Assembly (NCBI GenBank): GCA_964597305.1
Contig: CAZQWU010000004.1
Coordinates: 1 to 49,677, forward strand
Direction of reading: 5' to 3'
From: an uncultured Bifidobacterium sp.
GTDB taxonomy: Bacteria; Actinomycetota; Actinomycetes; Nanopelagicales; Nanopelagicaceae
Length of the DNA: 49,677 bases
Within the stretch, counting starts at the first letter, position 1. Every line of letters starts with the position of its first letter. Below, in pieces: positions 45,866-49,677 of the stretch. The translations under genes and the position numbers were made by a program. Below the pieces are notes generated by a model, which saw only the letters and a list, made by a program, of their open reading frames with translations, was not told where the DNA came from and did no database searches.

Positions 45866-47425
45866 TTACTGAGTTTCTAATTCGGGCAATCGTGGAAAGA
45901 GAACTGCGCCTTTTGATATCTGACAATTTTTTAGTTGGCCCCATCGTGCAACATCACCAATGCGCTGATGTGTAATAGGACCAAGCACCTCTGCTCCTAA
46001 ACTCTGCCAAAGCTTCTCTGTCGTTGCCGGCATAATAGGATGTAACAAGACAGCCAATGCGCGGAGTGATTCTGCGGTGTTATACAAAATTGCATGCAAT
46101 TCATCTGCGCGAGCAGGATCCTTTGCAACAGCCCATGGTTCTTTCTCCGTGACATAACCATTAACGCGTTTACAAAAATCCATCACCGTCGTTATTCCAG
46201 TTTGGAAATCTAGCGCGCACATTGCTTTATCTGCCTGCTCTGCGGTTTCGCGCAACGCTGATTCCAACTCAAGGCAGGCAACTGGTTGAGGTAATTTTCC
46301 TTCACAGTATTTCTCCACCATAGCAGCAAGGCGCGAAGCAAGATTTCCAAAATCATTCGCAAGCTCACTTGTATAACGGGCGGACATATCCTCCCACGAG
46401 AACGAACCATCGCTCCCGAACGGTATTGCGCGTAAAAAATAATATCGAAATGCGTCGACGCCAAAATGATCAGTAATGTCGCCCGGAGCAATTCCAGTTA
46501 ATTTGCTCTTACTCATCTTTTCGCCACCAACAAGTAACCAGCCATGGGCAAATACTTTTTTCGGTACCGCAATCCCCGCTGCCATCAACATCGCTGGCCA
46601 AATCACCGCATGGAATCGCAAAATATCTTTTCCTACTAAGTGAACATCTGCCGGCCACGTACTTGCGAATTTTCTTCCTAATTCGCTTGTGGGATCTTCG
46701 CCGAGGCCAACTGCTGTGGCGTAATTAAGTAGCGCATCAAACCAAACGTAAACAACTTGTCGTGAATCCCAAGGAACTTCTATTCCCCAATTGAACGTCG
46801 AGCGGGAGATTGATAAATCTTGAACGCCTCCTTCTAAAAATGCGATCACTTCGTTGCGCGCGCTCTCAGGTTCGCAGGCAGATGGATTTTTCTTGTAATG
46901 CTCAAGCAATGGTGTAACAAAAGCAGACAATTTAAAAAACCAATTTGTTTCGCTCACTGACTCAACTGGTTTTGAATGGATCGAGCAATTGCCATCTATG
47001 AGATCACCGGGGAGTTTAAATTCTTCACAACCAACGCAATAGGGACCTTCATACTTTCCCTCGTATATAAATCCTTTTTCCATTAATCCTTGCAAAAATC
47101 GTTGCACACGAGTTTCGTGGCGTTTCTCCGTTGTTCGAATGAAATCATCGTTGGCGATATTGAGTGATCTCCAGGTTGGTTTCCACGCGCTCTCTACCAA
47201 TTGATCACACCACTCTTGTGGTTTGGTGTGATGAGCTTCTGCAGTTCTCATCACTTTCTGACCATGTTCGTCTGTGCCTGTGAGAAACCAGACCGCTTCA
47301 CCTCGTTGTCGATGCCATCGAGTTAAGACATCCCCTGCAACCGTTGTGTAGGCATGACCAATATGGGGGGCATCATTGACGTAATAAATAGGTGTGGTGA
47401 GGTAAAACGCTTTCTGTTCAGTCAC
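45866..47425 (-). CDS. metG: methionine--tRNA ligase
   Basis: HIGHAYT (the HIGH motif) and KMSKSK. No C-terminal tRNA-binding extension. Confidence 0.95.
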   Translation of the reverse strand: MTEQKAFYLTTPIYYVNDAPHIGHAYTTVAGDVLTRWHRQRGEAVWFLTGTDEHGQKVMRTAEAHHTKPQEWCDQLVESAWKPTWRSLNIANDDFIRTTEKRHETRVQRFLQGLMEKGFIYEGKYEGPYCVGCEEFKLPGDLIDGNCSIHSKPVESVSETNWFFKLSAFVTPLLEHYKKNPSACEPESARNEVIAFLEGGVQDLSISRSTFNWGIEVPWDSRQVVYVWFDALLNYATAVGLGEDPTSELGRKFASTWPADVHLVGKDILRFHAVIWPAMLMAAGIAVPKKVFAHGWLLVGGEKMSKSKLTGIAPGDITDHFGVDAFRYYFLRAIPFGSDGSFSWEDMSARYTSELANDFGNLASRLAAMVEKYCEGKLPQPVACLELESALRETAEQADKAMCALDFQTGITTVMDFCKRVNGYVTEKEPWAVAKDPARADELHAILYNTAESLRALAVLLHPIMPATTEKLWQSLGAEVLGPITHQRIGDVARWGQLKNCQISKGAVLFPRLPELETQ

Positions 47426-47434
47426 CTGTACATC

Positions 47435-48280
47435 CTATTCAGTTTCGCGTTTATGCCGAACCATGGCATCAAAAACTAATCTCTTCGGAATATCGAAACG
47501 TTGAGCGACCTCAGAAATTGCTGCTTTACGGGGGTGCCCGAGACTTTCTTGTTCAAGGACTGCGTTGATGACTTCGTCTTCGGAATATTCCAATTCTGCT
47601 GGGTCAAATCCTGCAATAACTAAAGTTATTTCACCCAAAATAGGTTTTGATTGACTCCAGTGAAGAGCTTCGCTCAAATTTCCGCGAAACACTTCTTCAT
47701 ACGTTTTTGTCATCTCTCGACATATGACGATTGCGCGCTTGTCTCCGAGATATCGATGAGCAGAATCAAGCGAATCACACAATCGATGTGGTGCTTCAAA
47801 TGCCACAATTGTTCGAGGTTCGTGGAGTAAGCCCAGATAAAAAGTATCTCGCGCACCACTGGTGCGTGGAACAAATCCCTCGAAAGTAAATCGATCTGAA
47901 GGCAAACCTGAAAGCGCTAGTGCGGTAATTACTGCACTTGGCCCCGGCAATACAGAGACAGAAATTTTGCGGCGCACACACTCGCGAACCAGTCGAAACC
48001 CGGGATCACTTACCGTGGGCATGCCAGCATCCGTTACAACAAGAAGGTCATGGCCCGATTCGATAATTTCTATAAGGTGATCAACTTTTTCGTCTTCATT
48101 TCCCTCAAAAAAAGATGTGACCTTGGCATGATGTTCAATTCCAAGATCCTGACATAACCGCGTTAATTTTCGAGAATCTTCCGCGGCAATATGAGTCGCA
48201 ACGCTGAGAGCCTGACGTAACCGTTCCGAGGCATCACCGACATTGCCTAACGGAACTCCTGCCAATATCAATTGCGACAT
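47435..48280 (-). CDS. rsmI: 16S rRNA (cytidine1402-2'-O)-methyltransferase
   Basis: LAGVPLGNVGDAS, VTDAGMPTVSDPG and REMTKTYEE. Confidence 0.85.
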   Translation of the reverse strand: MSQLILAGVPLGNVGDASERLRQALSVATHIAAEDSRKLTRLCQDLGIEHHAKVTSFFEGNEDEKVDHLIEIIESGHDLLVVTDAGMPTVSDPGFRLVRECVRRKISVSVLPGPSAVITALALSGLPSDRFTFEGFVPRTSGARDTFYLGLLHEPRTIVAFEAPHRLCDSLDSAHRYLGDKRAIVICREMTKTYEEVFRGNLSEALHWSQSKPILGEITLVIAGFDPAELEYSEDEVINAVLEQESLGHPRKAAISEVAQRFDIPKRLVFDAMVRHKRETE

Positions 48281-48294
48281 GCTGTAATTGTGTC

Positions 48295-49566
48295 ATGCGG
48301 ACCATGCGTGAGCGAATGAGTCTCATCGGAATCTTGATACTGAGTTTAATTCTTCGACTATGGAATCTGGGTTCGCCCAAAGGATTTGTTTTTGATGAGG
48401 TGTATTACGTCGATGGCGCTCGCGATTACCTTGCACACTTGGTGGAAATGGATAAAGCACAAGCTGAATTTGTCGTGCATCCACCCTTGGGTAAATGGCT
48501 TATCGCTGCCGGGATTAAGATTTTTGGTGATCGCGAATTTGGCTGGCGTATCAGCGCTGCTCTTATCGGAACTCTCTCCATTTATCTTATTTATCGCATT
48601 TCACGTGATCTTTTTTCCTCAGAATTTCTCGCGTTAAGTGCAGCGCTACTGACTGGATTAGACGGACTCCACTTGGTCATGTCGAGAACAGCGCTTCTCG
48701 ATATTTTCTTGATGTTTTTTACGCTGTTAAGTTTTTGGTTTTTCTTAAGGAAAAATAATTGGTTATTAGGTATTTCACTTGCAGCCGCATGTGCTGTGAA
48801 GTGGAGCGGAATCTATTTTGCATTGATCTTTATTGCACTTGCGGTATTGCGAGACTTCCGAACACATAAAAAGTTATCGTTGGTATGGATTCCGCAATTC
48901 ATTCTTATCCCGCCTCTTGTTTATCTCTCGACATGGTGGGGATGGTTCATTACTCATACCGGGTGGGATAGAAATATTTCATCGAATCCTTTGATCTCTC
49001 TCTGGAAATATCATCGAGAAATGTTGAATTTCCATACCGGATTAATCCAAGCTCATTCATATTCTGCGCACCCTTGGTCATGGTTAATTCTTGGCCGACC
49101 AACATCGTTCTTTTATGAATCACCGACATGTGCAAGTCAAAGTTGTTCACAAGAAATACTTGCCCTCGGAACGCCATTTCTCTGGTGGGCTGGCACACTT
49201 GCGATTTTTATAACAGTGGGTTACACAATCAGTCGTCGCGATAAAAAAGGAATGCTCATTCTCAGTGGGATTGTCGCCGGATACCTACCGTGGTTTGCAT
49301 TTCAAAAACGAACAGTTTTCTCCTTTTATTCAATAGTTTTTGAACCGTTTCTTATCTTGGCGATTGTGTATTGCCTTTCGATATTTGTCGACAGTCGCTC
49401 TATGTCAGCTCCTCAAATAACCGTTTATAAACAACGATTACGCGCGGTTTACGGACTCTACCTCGCAATTGGTCTCTGTTTTCTTTATTTTCTGCCAATT
49501 TATCTCGGCCAAATAATTCCCTATGATCAGTGGCACGCCCGAATGTGGTTTCCCAGTTGGATTTAA
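48295..49566 (+). CDS. pmt: polyprenyl-phosphate-mannose protein mannosyltransferase (GT-C, Pmt-like)
   Basis: Multi-pass membrane protein. VFDEVYYVDGARDY and HPPLGKW in the first loop. Conserved position divergent from rsmI. Confidence 0.75.
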   Translation: MRTMRERMSLIGILILSLILRLWNLGSPKGFVFDEVYYVDGARDYLAHLVEMDKAQAEFVVHPPLGKWLIAAGIKIFGDREFGWRISAALIGTLSIYLIYRISRDLFSSEFLALSAALLTGLDGLHLVMSRTALLDIFLMFFTLLSFWFFLRKNNWLLGISLAAACAVKWSGIYFALIFIALAVLRDFRTHKKLSLVWIPQFILIPPLVYLSTWWGWFITHTGWDRNISSNPLISLWKYHREMLNFHTGLIQAHSYSAHPWSWLILGRPTSFFYESPTCASQSCSQEILALGTPFLWWAGTLAIFITVGYTISRRDKKGMLILSGIVAGYLPWFAFQKRTVFSFYSIVFEPFLILAIVYCLSIFVDSRSMSAPQITVYKQRLRAVYGLYLAIGLCFLYFLPIYLGQIIPYDQWHARMWFPSWI

Positions 49567-49677
49567 TTATTCGTTGACTGCGCGAGAATTATCTACTTTT
49601 TCTTGATCGAAGAGTTCTTCTCGTGGCATAGCCACCGCATCAAGTTCAGCCTTGATTCGTGCTTGCTCTTCACTCCA
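49567..49677 (-). CDS. C-terminal fragment of an unidentified protein (gene continues beyond the window)
   Basis: Open frame from the window edge to TAA at 49569..49567: ...WSEEQARIKAELDAVAMPREELFDQEKVDNSRAVNE. Too short to assign. Confidence 0.4.
   Translation of the reverse strand, partial: WSEEQARIKAELDAVAMPREELFDQEKVDNSRAVNE

Overview
This is a 49.7-kb, very gene-dense chromosomal segment from an actinobacterium that looks AT-leaning for the phylum (judged by eye, not computed). The genome appears streamlined: many genes share overlapping start and stop codons, and I found only two canonical intrinsic terminators. Almost all of it is conserved housekeeping, in blocks that match the gene order known from Mycobacterium and other Actinomycetota: whiB7-uvrD2-nudC; typA-ychF; rmuC; ispH/xseA-xseB/class I fumarase; phoH2, a Z-prenyl transferase and greA; a cluster of four exporter genes; ppx-DUF501-ftsB-eno-mazG-mfd; ppc; pth-rplY-prs-glmU-tRNA-Gln; and TetR/ispE-rsmA-tatD-metG-rsmI/pmt. 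There are two tRNA genes. I saw no rRNA, CRISPR array, transposase or integrase. I see no large novel multi-gene system here, and all functional calls rest on motif recognition by eye with no searches run. The items most worth a second look are: (1) an orphan protein with a RiPP recognition element plus a degenerate ThiF/E1-like domain (the TOMM 'C-protein' layout), with no YcaO partner visible, converging on whiB7. (2) A roughly 435-nt whiB7 leader containing a textbook attenuator terminator, candidate uORFs, a 10-nt copy of the terminator arm, and two separate tandem-repeat arrays. (3) A 73-nt class-I-shaped tRNA carrying the Leu anticodon UAA and a Leu-like D-arm but no long variable arm. 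(4) A translationally coupled pair of phage-like genes (possibly Rad52/Sak-like plus Gp157/Gam-like) sitting alone downstream of typA. (5) A 340-nt leader with a 15-nt x4 tandem repeat upstream of a secreted transglycosylase-like gene. (6) Two identically built 25-bp divergent intergenic regions whose back-to-back TANNNT hexamers each lie 6 nt from a start codon, which suggests bidirectional leaderless promoters.
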